A DNA stretch of 64,000 bases from Eledone cirrhosa. Lineage: Eukaryota. The notes beneath the pieces were generated by a model. That model worked only from the letters and a program-made list of their open reading frames with translations. It had not been told where the DNA came from and did no database searches. Of this stretch, positions 63,906 through 64,000 are shown one piece after another. How positions within the stretch are numbered: position 1 is the stretch's first letter; every line of letters begins with the position of its first letter. The position numbers and the translations under genes are program-made. The stretch spans positions 61,256,001-61,320,000 of the forward strand of contig OZ024744.1 of assembly GCA_964016885.1 (NCBI GenBank). The letters are read 5' to 3'.

Positions 63906-64000
63906 TGTGTACACAGGAATAATGGAAAATACAATATTCATATTAATACATTTTAATATAAGCATATAGAAATTAACGTGTAGTATATATTTACATGTAT

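Overview
AT-rich, repeat-dense animal genomic DNA. The RTE/SINE/microsatellite make-up resembles a coleoid cephalopod such as octopus, but that is inference. Most ORF-track entries are retroelement debris or microsatellite read-through. A spliced minus-strand host gene is present, with four phase-compatible exons (32348-32145, 30189-29985, 28863-28722, 20080-20012). They encode the N-terminus of a CRACD/KIAA1211/KIAA1210-like (DUF4592-type) protein, and the ORF track captures only fragments of it. Introns and flanks hold many decayed RTE-clade LINEs of at least three subfamilies with (GAT)n tails, two tRNA-headed SINE families, Tx1/L1-like fragments, a mariner relic, a hAT MITE and a probable non-autonomous Helitron. 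The most notable material is a set of Penelope-like elements (PLEs), including a Naiad-type element with a CxCx5C motif and GIY-YIG domain. Their terminal repeats fold by eye into minimal type I hammerhead ribozymes, two unrelated ones with a non-canonical CCGA(U/G)GA core, and several lie in the host gene's sense direction. Coordinates of old repeats are approximate. Nothing was checked computationally.
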